The notes below the pieces were generated by a model, which was not told the DNA's origin, did no database searches, and saw nothing but the letters and a program-made list of their open reading frames with translations. A program made the position numbers and the translations under genes. Of a DNA stretch of 64,000 bases, positions 42,304 to 56,140 are shown piece by piece. Numbering within the stretch: the stretch's first letter is position 1; each line of letters begins with the position of its first letter. The DNA comes from Podarcis pityusensis (lineage: Eukaryota): the NCBI GenBank assembly GCA_964106645.2, contig OZ067042.1; one strand, written 5' to 3'.

Positions 42304-42534
<231 letters not shown>

Positions 42535-43584
42535 TAGGGGTGGAATAGGTCCAGCCTCCTGCCACCTTCCTTGTTATAACTACACGGCCATGACTCAGCC
42601 TCTGACCTCAGCTGGCTCTTTAGCTAAACAACATGACTCAATGGAATGGGGGCAAAGATCATCATTGTACAAGAAAATGAGGTGAGGATAGCTTGATGGG
42701 ATTGCTTAGAAGACGAACCTGCTATTCTTTAATCTTCCTTACATTTCCTTTGCAAAGCCCTCCATCCACCAATGAATTAGACTTGGGTCTGGGAATAAAA
42801 ATAATAATCAAAATATGCTCCAGCTTTGTGTTGTCAGAACTTCTACCAAAATATATGGATACTAGGAATGTAAAAAGAGTGGGATCATATCAAAGGTCAA
42901 TCTAACCCAGCAACCAGATGTTTCCAATAAGCCTACCAGCAGAGCTTGATGGCAGTAGTCCTCTGCTGCTGGCTCTGACTATGGAAGTGCCATGTAGCCA
43001 TCACGGTTATTAGCCTTAAGGCCTATGCACCTTTAATGGGTCTGGATGCTCTGGATACTGGATCCTCTGGACTGCTGCCAGAGTTGGGACAAATGTGGTC
43101 ATCATGGGGAGCCAATTGGGCAAGCATCTTGTGATGTTATGGTTTCTTGGTTGTTTTATTGTACATTGCCTTGAGTTTTGTTATTGACAGAAAGGAAATG
43201 AACAAGTTTAAATATTGGAAAAAACATTGGAAAAAACACAGAAACAGTTATCAGTTTAGCCTCTCTAGTCAGCACATGTGCAATGAGTGGAGTGAAGGAT
43301 TTCCTTCCGAATGAGACTCTTAAAGCTTCCAACATCTCGACTGCATGTGGCCCTTCTAGTGTCATGCCAAGCAAGAGTTGGTATGAGTCCAACACTTTCA
43401 TTTGAACAAAGCATTTGCTGCTAAAATGTTGTGCCTTGTTATGAAACATCATCTTGGTTGTGCGTTCTGTTTCTTTCCTGCCTTTCTTGCGTCAGACTCA
43501 AAAGTGGCATATGTCAGTACCTAGGTGGCCTCCTGTTCAGGTGGTAGATATCATAGGCAACAAGTTCCTCATCTGTTTTTCTGA

Positions 43585-43692
<108 letters not shown>

Positions 43693-44182
43693 TAGAAATG
43701 AATGCATGTGTCTTTATTGTATGTAGGATTGGGTACACCAAGCCCAAACACTATGGCATAAGGTTATCTCTTGGGAAATACAAAAAAACCCCTGAAATGT
43801 ATCAAAGTGTCCTGGTAATTATCACTATTTGTGTACCAGTTCTTTTCTGCAGTCCATACTTGCTCATATTCCATTCTTTTCCATTTCAGTCATTTTGCGG
43901 CTGGTTCCTTATTGCCTAACTATTAATGCCACCCCATATTGCTGCTCTTCATTCATTCTGGTTGAGAAACATGCAAAGCTGTCTGTCACTGCATGAGAGT
44001 GGAGTTTCACCAAATTATCATTATTGTTACTGTTGTTGTTGTTCAGGAGGTAACTTTTCAAGGGAGTAATTCTTAATCCTGATGGTTGTGTGAAGCAGAA
44101 TGTCCTCAGCGGTTGAAATTTCTTTGTGAAAAGTTTGTGTTGGGATTAGTTGCTCCAAATAAGGATTGTCTTGTTCTTACAG

Positions 44183-44248
44183 GAAGGAGCAAACATCAAT
44201 AAATCACTCACTACGCTGGGGAAGGTGATTTCTGCTCTGGCTGAGATG
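44183..44248 (+). CDS. KIF1A: KIF1A exon 9: EGANINKSLTTLGKVISALAEM
   Basis: ttacag|GAA...ATG|gtaagg, 66 nt. Confidence 0.98.
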
Positions 44249-44360
44249 GTAAGGATTGATAGTTATGAGTTTATATACAGAGTTTACATCTCTCAGTACA
44301 CACTCTGCAATGCTTCACTAGAATTGCTCAGCCATTTGGTCCCTGGAGCAGCTATGAATC

Positions 44361-44406
<46 letters not shown>

Positions 44407-44420
44407 ATTATTATTATTAT
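44361..44420. repeat. (TTA)n microsatellite (probable minus-strand retroposon tail; another at ~32062-32096)
   Basis: Direct reading. Confidence 0.9.
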
Positions 44421-45149
44421 ACTGCCTATCATCTGAGGATCACAGGGCAGTTTATAGTATAAAAACACAAAGTGCATACCATAGTAACAAACAAAAGCAA
44501 TATTCTCCCCTCTACAGTTTAAAAGGCCATAGCTTGTTTAATTAGCCAAAGGCCTGAGAGAAGGGGAATAAAGTTTGGGAGATGCCCTGTGTTTCAGTTT
44601 GTGGAAGATAAATATGCATGTGCAATTAAGCTTTTTTTTTTTTTAAGCCCCCATCTCCTTATGTGCTTTTCGGGTGAGTGGGTGGGGAAGGGAATGTGAT
44701 AATCAAAACAGGAAATTTCCAATACATTTAAGTTTCTAAAATTAAGTCTAATGTCCAAAAATGTCATGTGAAAAACAAAACAAAGACAGGACATTTTTGT
44801 TAATTGTTTCTTTAAAAATTAAAATGCCAGAGAACTATATTTGTAAAGAATAGTTATTTTTGTTTGAAAACATTCTGGCAGCTCTTAATCATACAAGATG
44901 TAGTTGACTTGAGCTGAAAGGTCTGAACACTTCAGGAATGGATCTTAGCAGGAGAAAACCATTGTATGGCTGACATATACTCCTTATTTTGTCAAGTCTA
45001 GCACCCTATCTTCCACACCACTATAATTCTATGAACCTTACCTCTGAACTGTGATGGGCAGAGCAATCATAAGACTAGGTTGGGGAGTAGCAAGGTGGAG
45101 CAACCACTGCTTCCCAAACTCTGCTGCTTGTGCAGACTAGGTCAGAATA

Positions 45150-45743
45150 CCGTATTTTTCGCCCCATAGGACGCACCTAGTTTTTTGGGGGGGAAATAAA
45201 GAAAAAAAAATTTATTCCCCCCCCCCCAGGTGCAGGGCTGGGGCGGGGGAAGCCCGAGCTTCCCCCAACCCCAGCCCCCAGAACAGGCTGCTATCCGTAA
45301 GCCATGGGAGAGCTGTGCGAAGTCGCGCAGCTCTCCCACGGCTAGCGTAGAGCTGCGCGAAGCCCGAAGCTTGGGGCGTGCTGAGCTCAGCACCCCCCAA
45401 GCTTCTGGGTGCCGGCAAGCTCTCCGCTAGCCGTGGGAGAGCTGCGCGGCTCTCCCATGGCTAGCGGAGCGCTGCGCGAAGCCCGAAGCTTGGGGCGTGC
45501 TGAACTCAGCGTGCCCCAAGCTTCTGGGTGCAGGCAAGCTCTCCACTAGCCGTGGGAGAGCTGCGTCTCCCACGGCTAGCGGATAGCTTCCTGAAGCCTG
45601 GAGAGCAAGAAGGGTCGGTGCGGACCGACCCCCCTCGCTCTCCAGGCTTCAGCGAAAGCCTGCATTCGCCCCATAGGACGCACACACATTTCCCCTTCAT
45701 TTTTGGAGGGGAAAAAGTGTGTCCTATAGGGCGAAAAATACGG
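45150..45743. mobile_element. pogo/Tc2-like non-autonomous DNA transposon with internal GC-rich repeats
   Basis: TA|CCGTATTTTTCGCCCCATAGGAC...GTCCTATAGGGCGAAAAATACGG|TA; internal ~120-bp repeated units with palindromes; CpG-rich, so probably young. Confidence 0.88.
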
Positions 45744-46210
45744 TATGTCTCTTGGGGATAGGGGGAGTCCTCTTTTTTTGCTGCACCAGCTTGAGGCTGG
45801 CACAGCAGAGAGGCCTCAGGATTGGGTGGGATATCTTCAGGACTTTGGATCGCCCTGCCCCCAAATTTTCTGTCTCAGGGCTTTCCCACACTTTACTGAT
45901 GGCCAGAGAGAACTGCTATTGGTAGTTTCCTGCCACACTGAGTACAGAGCTCTCCTCACCAGTGGAAGTTGTCAGAGGGTTCCCTGCACCTTATCCTGAC
46001 CCCTTCCATTTGCACAGAACTAGGTTAGGATTGCATCACAAATGCTCTCCATCTGGGCATGTGGGTATTATATCTGGCTTGTGAGAAGTCAGGACGTTGG
46101 TCCCATTTTTTTATTTCAGTTAGTCCCCAAATCCAATTGTTCTTTTACTTGACCCATTTTAGTAATACATGTTCATGAAACTCTAATCATTATCTTTGGT
46201 TTCTTTTCAG

Positions 46211-46228
46211 GATTCAGGACCAAATAAG
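46211..46228 (+). CDS. KIF1A: KIF1A exon 10, 18-nt microexon DSGPNK (start of K-loop / loop 12)
   Basis: ttcttttcag|GATTCAGGACCAAATAAG|gtaaat supplies the DSGPNK that KIF1A has between ALAEM and NKKKKK. Confidence 0.93.
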
Positions 46229-46435
46229 GTAAATAATACCTGTGCTTTGGAGGTGGTTATGGGAATGAGCTGATCTCCCTTGTTCTCTTCCATAACTAGC
46301 TTGGAGACATAGGTGCCACCTCATGCCAAAGATTGTGGGTGCCTGCAACAAAGGGCTTCAACTTTGCCCATGGTTTTGTGGAGGCCCACATCTTCCTGTG
46401 GCTACAGCTACAATCCTATACATCTTCCAGATGTA

Positions 46436-46677
46436 CAGTTGTAACTCGGCTCCCGAATGCCTTGGGAGTCGAATGTTCCGGCTCCCAAACGATCGAAAAC
46501 TGGAAGTGAGTGTTCTGGTTTTCAAACGTTCTTTCAGAAGCCAAACGTCCAACGGGGCTTCTGATTGGCTGCAGGAACTTCCTGCAGCCAATCAGAAGCT
46601 GCACTTTGGAAGTCAAACATTTTGGAAGTCAAATGGACTTCCAGAGTAAATTCTGTTCGACTTCCGAGGTACGACTG
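46436..46677. mobile_element. Mariner-type MITE
   Basis: TA|CAGTTGTAACTCGG...CCGAGGTACGACTG|TA with central palindrome CTTCTGATTGGCTGCAGGAA-C-TTCCTGCAGCCAATCAGAAG. Confidence 0.8.
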
Positions 46678-47552
46678 TAATGGAATTTACTTCCAAGCAA
46701 GAGAGGAAAAGTCTATGTGAGCACATCACAGACTTGACATGCTAAGTCTTTGTTAGCATTTCTATCCCCTCCTTTGACTAACTGACACACACATACTTGT
46801 CTTCCTTCCATTCATGGGTGTATTCAAGGGAGGGGGGCAGTTGCCCCCACAGTCAAATAAACCAATAGAAATACTTAATTAACTGGCCAGTCAGGTCAGT
46901 TCTGCCCCCTAACAAAAATCCTGGCTACTCCATGTAACCTTTTAAAAAGCCAACCATATATTTTTCTGGTGAGCTGCAGCTGGTGCAACTAATGGGCTCA
47001 TGTGCAGAGAGCAGGGGTGGTGTTAGCAAGAGAGGCACAGGTGTTTTCCCATGTGTTCCATGGTGCCTGCCTGAAGTTCTCAGCTTTGTTTCTCCTGGTA
47101 GTTGGAACCTTAAATAATCAAAATGATTGAGAAGAGACAGATCCAGCCCATTGTTATCTCCCACCCCATAAAATGACCTAGATCCTAACACACTTGCCAT
47201 GGATTCAGTGGGGCTTACTTCTGTGCTGAGGATAGGCGGTGGGTGGGAAGTGGGGGGCTCCACGATATATCGCCCCCTGTCATCAGTCATGTAGGACCAC
47301 CCCCAGGAAACAGTTCCACTGCATATGAGTGTACCTGGGATTGACCAGTGCTGAATTCAGACTGAAACTGGCTTTGGGGAAACTGCAACAAAATGCAGAA
47401 TTTCAGAAGAAACAAGTGAATTCTGGGTACTATGTACATGGATTCAAAGAACAGGGGTGTACATATGCTTAATGTTCTGTCTTCCTTGGATTGGCAAACA
47501 CTTTCAGAATCAGAAGTGTATGTTTAATTGTTGTGTTCTGTCCTCCCTGTAG

Positions 47553-47642
<90 letters not shown>

Positions 47643-48003
47643 TGACTTATCTTAGATCTATCCTTAATCTCTGATTTCTTGGCAGTGGCCCTGCAGGTTG
47701 TTTATTGTAAGATTCCTTCTATTGGAGGGGTGGGTAACACTCCAATAAGCAGCACCATTGCCAGAAATTTCATTGCATCAATATGGTCAAGCATGGATAG
47801 TGCATTGCTAGGGCCCAATTTTTCTCCAACTTGCACAACGTTTGGGTGACTGATGAGGCTTTCATGGTGCTTGGGGCAGTTTTATTGTTTGCTCATACCT
47901 TGTGAGCAAAATGATATGGTGAACATGAGAGTGAAATAATAGATATACAGGAAGAGTGTTAGAAAGGAAAGGAAGGGAGCCAAAGGAGAGATGTGGTATA
48001 TAA

Positions 48004-48132
<129 letters not shown>

Positions 48133-48769
48133 TAGGTCCCATGCAAGTTTTCTCACACTCTGAATGGGGCCAAGGGGTAAAAGATTCCCCTTTTGAAATT
48201 AGACTATGTTGCTTGTATGAGACTACTCTCAAGATGTTCCAGGAGGAAAACATGTTTGGATACTGAGTAAACAAGAACTCTTTTTTTCCAGTGGATTATT
48301 TTGGGAATATGAAGTAAAAAAAATATATTAATGGAAAATCTGGATCCTTCAAGTCTGGAAATGCAGGTTTGCATATAATGTTCATATCACAACAATTTCA
48401 AGTTGTTTCCACAGAAAAGCACTGAGCGTATATTAACTTACTGCCACTTTGATCACTTGATTAACCCACAGTAGTTTCACAATAACAGCAGTGGTGAATA
48501 CAGTATGTCCTTTTGGAGCCTGGAAAAGCATGCTGATACACCCTGATATGTTGATCAGATACATCAAGCAGGAAGAAAATTTACATGGTGAAAAAACAGC
48601 TTGATTTTATTGTAGGAGCTATGCAAATAATGTTGAATGAAGGTATCCATGTATATTCTCCTCCTAGCATCCTATCTATTTCCACCATTAATAACATCCC
48701 CACAGTTCCTTGCTGATAGTGTAGCAGAGCTCCTTCCTATGGAAGGCACTGAATATGCTTTGCTGTTAA

Positions 48770-49270
48770 CTAATGTTGTTGCCACAGGAACAGTCTGAGG
48801 TTCCACCACTTCTTCGTCCGTATTGTTGTCCTTCAGGGATTTCACTGTGCTATTATTATCAGCTTGACTGCATAAGAGGGATGAAACATCCCTGTTCACT
48901 TGTGAGCAGCCCCTCTCGATTCAGACTGCCAGACTAAGATGCTTTATTGGTGTGTCTGAGGAGGCCAGATCCTCAGGCTACAGCAACTGAAACCAACCCC
49001 ACAAGGGGTCATTTGATGGTGCTCCGGAGACCTCCAATGGAGCCAGACCAATTGTGGCATCAAGCTCAGCATGGATCTGAGTGATTCTTCCCTCAAAGTA
49101 GTCCACAAATCTCTCACAGCAGACTAGTGACTGGTCTGTTTTCAGTGATACAACCCAGGTCTGGGCCAGCTGGTTCACCACTCTAAAGAGCTCTGCTGGT
49201 GATTCTCTTAGAGTGCAATAGAGGCCAGGAAAGTCCCAGTATGCTGCCCTATCCAGGGCCCTACAGAATC
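48770..49270 (-). mobile_element. L2-clade LINE ORF2 fragment
   Basis: Minus-strand peptide CERFVDYFEGRITQIHAELD...WFQLL parallels the 5' part of the L2 at ~8770-8920. Confidence 0.65.
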
Positions 49271-49776
49271 TCTCTACTATACTAGTGGTGTAATCATATT
49301 TTGTATTTCCTGGTAGAAGTAGTAATATTGGCAGTTTTCAGTTCTTACCTCAAATATTTCATTTGTATTTTATTATATACCATTTTTGTAACTTTGGGTT
49401 ATGAAGCAATTTACAAATCTGCAAATAAAATAAAAAAGTGGCATGGCCCTGAATGTTTTTCTCCAGCTTGGGGGCATGTGTGTGTGTGTGTGTGTAGTGA
49501 TGGAGGCAGGAGTGCAGGTAGGTAGATGGAAGGGGTGTGGGGTTGGAGGCTCACCAGGGGGATGTGCGAAAGAATTGATCTCTCTGTGTCCTTGGTTACC
49601 AAAACTGAGCATGGAACGAGGTCTTATATAACTCAGAATTGAACTGGAATTAACTGAGCTATTTTCTGAGTTTGGGAGGGAAAATAGCTGGGTTTTCGGA
49701 GACTGAATGAGGAAGCTCACCTCAGTGTGCTTCCGCAGAAGCCACACAGTATGGCATTGTCAGCAGCCCTTTCTAG

Positions 49777-49962
<186 letters not shown>

Positions 49963-50475
49963 TAAGTATTGGACTGGGACTGGCATTTATCCCCACCTTG
50001 AATAGAACAAGATCCACCCTCTGTGTGGTTTCCCTTTCTGCTTGATAGCCCTCCTGTCCTGCCCTACTGCGAAGTGGCAATAAGAAGGTATAAGTGTCAG
50101 GTCACATGTTATAGCCACCATGTGGAAGCTAAGTCATTGCATACAATGGCTGTGTCAGGTGTGCTCACCACTACAGGTTATTTTTATCACATCACTACAA
50201 ACTGTTGAACAAAAGATGTGTTCTCACATGGTGACAATTGCTCAATCTAAGTATGAAGCTACTGCAAATGAATAGCTCATTGCGTTGTCGCACCTGCCAG
50301 ATGGAAGTAATATGGAAAATGACCCCAAGGCAGCTCTGTTCCTGGAACTTGCTCATCTTTTCCTTCCCCATTGTTTCCTCCTGATTCCCTAAAAGTATTA
50401 TCCGTCTTTGCACACCTGGTTTCAGGCACATCCCTCTACATGACCCATAGCTTTTTACAGGCCCAGTCATAGAAT

Positions 50476-50623
50476 CAGTGCTTTCTTTCTGGGGGGACGC
50501 AGGGGTACGCATACCCCTAAACATTTTGTGACTCTAAGTTTGGCCTCATTGAGGGGCAGTATTTCAATATGAGTAGGAAAATGAGAGTACCCCTAAACAT
50601 TTTTTTTAGAAAAAAACCCACTG
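50476..50623. mobile_element. Short hAT-like MITE
   Basis: CAGTGCTTTCTTTCT...AGAAAAAAACCCACTG, near 8-bp TSD (CATAGAAT/CACAGGAT), repeated TACCCCTAAACATTTT. Confidence 0.65.
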
Positions 50624-51323
50624 CACAGGATCATAACAGTATTTCAGTTCTCCTGATGTCTGACTTGGGAGAATTGTGTCACCACATTATATTGCTGTGG
50701 GAGCTTCCTACACTGTGAATGAGGGAGAAATTGTTTGACATGAAGGATATGCATCTCAGGGCCTTTCCTGCCAATAATATAAATTGAGCAATAAAAAAGT
50801 TCAGTTGATTCAGGGGATCCAAATGTCTTTCTCCCAGATAGCACATTTGTTGTGAGCTGTAGGAATTTTGGTTCCTTTATCCCACAGCAATCAAACAGCA
50901 GTATTTTGATGCTAGGAAGATGGACTCTACCACCTACTGCGAGTAAGTGCTGCAGAGAAGGTGGGCTTATAAGTTTCATGTTTCCTTTATTGGATGGTGA
51001 CTGTGTCATTGCTGAAAACCACCATTTTGTTAGCATTTTAGTTTTATTTTCCACACCCCTATATTTGCTTGGATGTTGTGTGCTCCTGAAAAGGTGATCA
51101 CACATCTTCCCATTTAAACTAATTTGACAGAAGACTATCCCCTTGCAGTCAGTCTGACTCCTATCCTGCACTATGGAAATACATGGCATACTGTGCAAAA
51201 AAACAAATTCCAGGTTTCTGGTAATGTGGAAAGGCCCTCAGGTGTTGTTTCTTTATACCTATGAGATAAACCTACTCTTGTTTTCTTTGTCTTCCCCCCG
51301 CACCCTTCTCCTATCTCTCTTAG

Positions 51324-51350
51324 CCAATCCTGTTCCAGGAGGACCTAAAT
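51324..51350 (+). CDS. KIF1A: KIF1A exon 14, 27-nt alternative microexon (T)NPVPGGPK
   Basis: Long pyrimidine tract, then ctcttag|CCAATCCTGTTCCAGGAGGACCTAAAT|gtgtgt. Corresponds to the TNTVPGGPK insert of long mammalian KIF1A isoforms. Confidence 0.9.
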
Positions 51351-52814
51351 GTGTGTATTCCCCATTGCTGATATTTTGTGTGCTTCTCTGCTTCTGACAG
51401 GCTCAGTCATAGCTAAGGAACATAGGTACAGCATGAGAAAGGAGACAGTTCCCCAAGTACAGTTCAGCAAGGCTATTGGGAACATGGTCACCTTCATAGC
51501 TCCCCAACCTGATATTGATACAGTCTTCTGTAGGGAGGAGGGAAAAAAGAAGCATCAGCGATAATCCAGTCACTGTGTTAAACATAACCTGGATGGGCAC
51601 CCACTGCTTTCAACAGCACCAATGAGAGATTGCTGTGCTGAGTCCTGCACTCTAATTATAACCTTGTTCCATAGAAATGATCTTTCCTCCCATGAAGAGG
51701 CCCAGGCGTGAGACTGCTCCTCATGATTGGAGAAGATCTATTCCAAACCCTGAGAATCCTGTAATGAGATCTTTTCTGGGCTTGACTGACACATGCACTC
51801 ATAGACAAAATAAACTTCACAATCTATACCTCCTCCACGCCATTTTGCCTTGCGTCCTTAGTTGGGGGTCCTGCAGCTCTTCACCATACCTTGACTTTGT
51901 CTTTCACAATCTTATTATCCTGGAAACTTTGCCTACTAAAATCTTCTGAGCAGTCTATGCTCTTGAGGTTTCCTTTCTCTATGCTGTAACTGTGTTTCCT
52001 GCTGCTTTTGCTGCTGTTGCTGCTTCTGCTTCTGCTGGACTGGGTCTAACGAATATGTTCTGGGTGGGAGAGGGAAGGAGGAAGGAAACTAAGATATCTG
52101 CTTCAGGCCACAGGTGGCACAGTTGTTACTGGTGATCCTATTTGGCCTTCCTGCTGATTGTATGGTTGTACCTGTTAGGAATGTTGCTGGAATAGTTAAT
52201 TGGCTGATGGGTGTAACAGAATGAACTGGCTTTTGCTGGCATGTTAAAAGGCGCTGCAGTCTGTGCCTTGTTTGTGAGCAGTGCAGCTTACGCTCTGATC
52301 TAAAACAGCCATTTAAACCACAGGCAGGCGAACCAAATTTTCTAGGGCTTGTATGTTCTCAGAAATCACCCAGTGTCCATGCATTAAAAACCCAACCGGG
52401 CCTGCCCCGCCCCCCCGGGTTGCACAGGTTCTGCCTTCCCTCCGCCCATCTGCTGAACAAAGCCCAAGACATCTATTTATATTATTAAACATATTAAACA
52501 TATGATTTATTGAACCAGAAATCCAACCCAAATCAGAGTGGTTAACAGTGCTGCTCACCTGATTACACCTGGATTTCTGATGTTGTTACTAATTTAACAA
52601 TTATGCTGAGTTACCAACCTGCTTGCCAATGCCCTTTTCTAAAACATAGCCTCAGGAAATAGTGCATCAATATTTACTCTGCTTTTTACTCAAGAGCCAT
52701 AGTCTTGGCTTTCCATACTCAAAGAGATTTTGTAAGGGTGGGGGATGGGGGAAGCAGACCAAGTTTTGTAATGGTGTGAGAGTGATGCCTGGTTGCCAGG
52801 CTGTGTTGGCTAGC

Positions 52815-53439
52815 CAGCGGCGGAGCGTGTCCCACCACCACCCCGGGGCTGCTGGGCACACGCCAGAGAGAGAACGCCATGCCATGGAGGCGGGGCGCGC
52901 CACCGAAGCAACTGCGTCCTCCTCACCGGAGAGATGAAGCGGCTCCGTGTGCCAATCCTGCATTGCTTTTGCAGGCAGCACAGGACCTGCAGGGTGCCTG
53001 AGCTGCCGTGTTCCTTCTGGGTGCCCTCACAGCCCTGGATTATTCCAGTATCTCCGATGCTTGGAGGCACGGCCGGCTCACAGACTTGGATCCCAGCATT
53101 GGAGAGGGGCAGCGTTGCTTCTCCAATGCTCAGCACTGAGCTTGCAGGATGCTTGAGCTGTTTTGCCCTTCTCAGGTGCCCTCCAGGCTCCAGGTGGAGG
53201 GCCTCTGAGAAGGAGGCAACAGGCAAGCGCCAACCCCGTGCTCCTTTTGTGATCAGCGCTGGGCTCGCAGGATGCCTGAGCTGTTGCCTTCTCCTTTGGC
53301 TTTGTCCTGCTGGAGGGTTCCTGAGAAGGACGCAACAGCTCATGACCGGCAGGAAGGCACCCCCCCCCCAAAAAAAAACACTGCCTGGGGCGACAGCACC
53401 CCCCCCCCCCATGCTAGGCCTCTGCTAGCTAGGCCTCTG
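52815..53439. mobile_element. GC-rich non-autonomous DNA-transposon-like insertion
   Basis: CAG...CTG termini, GC/CpG-rich, recurring GCAGGATGCCTGAGCTG units. The TSD is not clear. Confidence 0.45.
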
Positions 53440-53766
53440 AACAGAGGCCGAATAATTTAGCTGCAGAGGAGAGGACAACTGTATTGCAAGGCCAGAGCGT
53501 TATCCATTGCTGCAAAAAGGTTTACCAGGACAGTCTGAGAGAGGTGTTTCTGGTTATTGTTGTTTATAATGTTTCGGGAAGCAGAAAATGAGATTTACAT
53601 CATGTAAAACCCTCAGGGTCTTCTCCTGGATTTCATGCATCTCAGGTATGTTTGGCCTTTTTGGCATTACAAAGATGCATGCCCTGGACTCTTTCAGTTT
53701 CCTATTCCTTGTTAAAATGCAGTGAAAAGGTAAAATTTAGAAGGGGACTTCTTTGAGCAGGAAGGT

Positions 53767-54172
53767 TGTTGGGTTTGGAACTTAACAGGTTAAGAAGTTC
53801 CCATGATGCCTCAGCATTCTGACGTCAGCTTTCGAAGCTGGGAGGAGTTTCGTCTCTGTTCCCCTCTGTTCTCTGAGGGAAGAGGTCGCAGTTTTTAGTC
53901 ATGGAGGCGGTGAGCCCAGGAGATTCCTGGGGAAAGTCGGAATAAAGGACTGATATTAGACAAACCTGGTCTCTGTGTGTTTGTCGGAAGCTGAGTGAAG
54001 CTATGTGACAGTTTTCACCGCTGTGTTTAACTCTGCTGAGGCGTGACTGGAGAGCTACTGAAGACGGAGCTGAGTGGCGCAGCTAGGAGGAAGCGCGCCG
54101 GGCATAAAGAGCTAATTGTGGATCGTAAATCAATTAGCGGGGGTCACGCCAAACCAATAAATCAATTCAACA
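53767..54172 (+). repeat. 5' LTR (406 bp)
   Basis: TGTTGGG...TTCAACA; a direct repeat of 56122-56527 with no difference found by eye. Confidence 0.95.
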
Positions 54173-55168
54173 GGTTATGGGCCCTTAATCACCGATCGTA
54201 AAACTGTCACAGGAACGCTTTGAGGCTGCCGGAATGCGTTTGAAGTCGCTGGCAGGAGTTTTTGCCTGGTGTTAAGAGGCAAAGGAGAGCTGCGGAGCTC
54301 AGAGCAGCTGAAAGACACTAAGTGGTTGCCTGTGCTGAGAGCTGAGTGCTGGGAGCTGAAGAGCAGCTGGAAAATCGTTTCCCCACGGATGGGTGCCGGA
54401 GGAGCTTGTGATCTGTGAGTACAGCTTGGGGCCCCTTGGGAGAACGGAAGAAAATGGCAGGCAGCCAGGTCTTGGAGGACGTTCCGATTGAACAGCTCAC
54501 TCTAAGAAGTTGAGCAAGGGCGTAAAGTCAGCAAGGGCTGTGCTGGGATGTGCTGTGAAGCTTCAGCAGGAGGCCAGAGCCCTGGAGAAGTATTGCCAAA
54601 AGCCTAGAGATGGCTGCAGCCCCTGTTCCTGATGCTTTAGCCTCAAGGAGTGCTGGTGAGCAGATCGGGGGGGGCGAAGGATTCCAAAGGCAAGTGTAAA
54701 GGCTTGTCCACTGTGCGTGCTGGAGTGGAATGTCAACAAAGCAGGTTCCCAGAAAGCCGCAGTGGGAGCCAGGCCAGAGGGGGCGGAGCTGGCAAGGAGT
54801 GCTTTTCCGGAGAAGGAGGGCCAAGCCGGCTGGGAGGAGCCCCGGGCAGTGTTTTTCCACTGGAGTTCGTCGTTGCTGCCCATGGAGAGTGGAGACAGCT
54901 GGGCAGGAAGGTCCCAAGGTCAACCAGCTGAGTTCTCATGGGAGTCAGTCTCGGAGAGGAGGCCAGCGTGGGAACGCAAGGGAAAGACGTGGTTCAGACG
55001 CTGGGGAGGGTTGTTTTCTTATCACTGCTTCTATGGCAACTGTGAAGAACAACTCCAGCCAGGACACGGTGATGCGCTGGGTTTTGAATACTGCTGTTGG
55101 TCAGCACCTGCTAAGCAAGCCTGCTGGCGAAATGCGGAACTGCAGAGCTGTTTCAACAGGACACAACT

Positions 55169-56140
55169 GTGATGTTAGCAGACGGAATGAGAAAGTCGGT
55201 TTCTGCTGTGGCTAACATGTTTCTTTCTCCTTTACAGGAGGAGCTAGAGGTCTACGTTGGGGGGAAACAAGTGGCCAACGTGAAAAGGGGGCAGAACAAT
55301 CTCTTTGTTCTGGAGTCACCTCTGGAGGGTGGTGGGAATGCTGGAAAAGCACAGGTGCAGTGTGCTAAGGTTCCCAGTCATGTGCAAAAGTTGCACAGGT
55401 GCACAAAAGGGTACAAACTCCGGAAATGTGGGAGGTCCCTAGGGTGCAGGGCATGCAAGGGTGCACAGGTACATGGTTTTCCCGGGTTTGGGAGGGTAGC
55501 CAAAGAGCCCTTTGAGCTCTTTGAGGCAGGTGGTCCAAAGGTTCAGGAAATGATCTTCAATGGGTGGAAGTTTGCATACCCAGAGGGTGATCAAACCAAG
55601 CTGCTGGTCAGTAAGCAGGCTGAGTTCTGTGAACAGGATGAGTGTTCAAGACTCAGGGATGGTCCTGTTTTTCTCTCAGAATGTCTGTCTGATTCTGAGG
55701 AGGAAAGGGAGCCAGAGGCTGATCCCGGTGATGGGGACCAGGTCCAAGATCAGGGTTCAGAACCCGGTGATGGGGACCAGGTCCAAGATCAGGGTTCAGG
55801 GCAGGTCTGGGCATCTCCAAAGGTTGTGAAAGGAGTGTCCAGGTGTGAGGCTTCATCTCCGGTTAGCGCAATGGAGAAAGCTCACAAACAGGGTGTCAAG
55901 TCAGAGGGGGAAGGATCTGACGGAGAAGACACAACTGCTGGCCCAAATGGGTCAGTAGGGTATCAGGTCACAAGTGCGTGGAAAAGTGTCGCACAGTGTG
56001 ATTCTGGGAGTGTTGAAGGGGTTCAACAGGTGCCTGGGAAAGATGCCGGGAAGGGGCACAAGGCAAAGGGAAAGGTGTTGAACTCAACAAGGTCTTGTCA
56101 GAATGGTTCGGCAAGAGGGGGTGTTGGGTTTGGAACTTAA
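55169..56140 (+). pseudogene. 323-codon ORF, internally deleted and diverged copia pol remnant (pre-integrase and post-core segments; no RT/RNase H)
   Basis: Segments resembling copia pol: GKQVANVKRGQNNLFVL, CRACK...RVAKEPFEL, MIFNGWKFAYP...LLVSKQAEFCEQ. No YVDD or DDE core is visible. The stop falls inside the 3' LTR. Confidence 0.6.

Noticed and set aside
45290-45600. Repeat-spacer-like GC-rich palindromic units resembling a CRISPR array
   Set aside because: Eukaryotic intron context. The units are internal tandem repeats of a TIR element, with no unique spacers and no cas genes.
52810-53428. 200-aa and 164-aa overlapping ORFs
   Set aside because: They coincide with a GC-rich repeat insertion, with no domain similarity or splice context.
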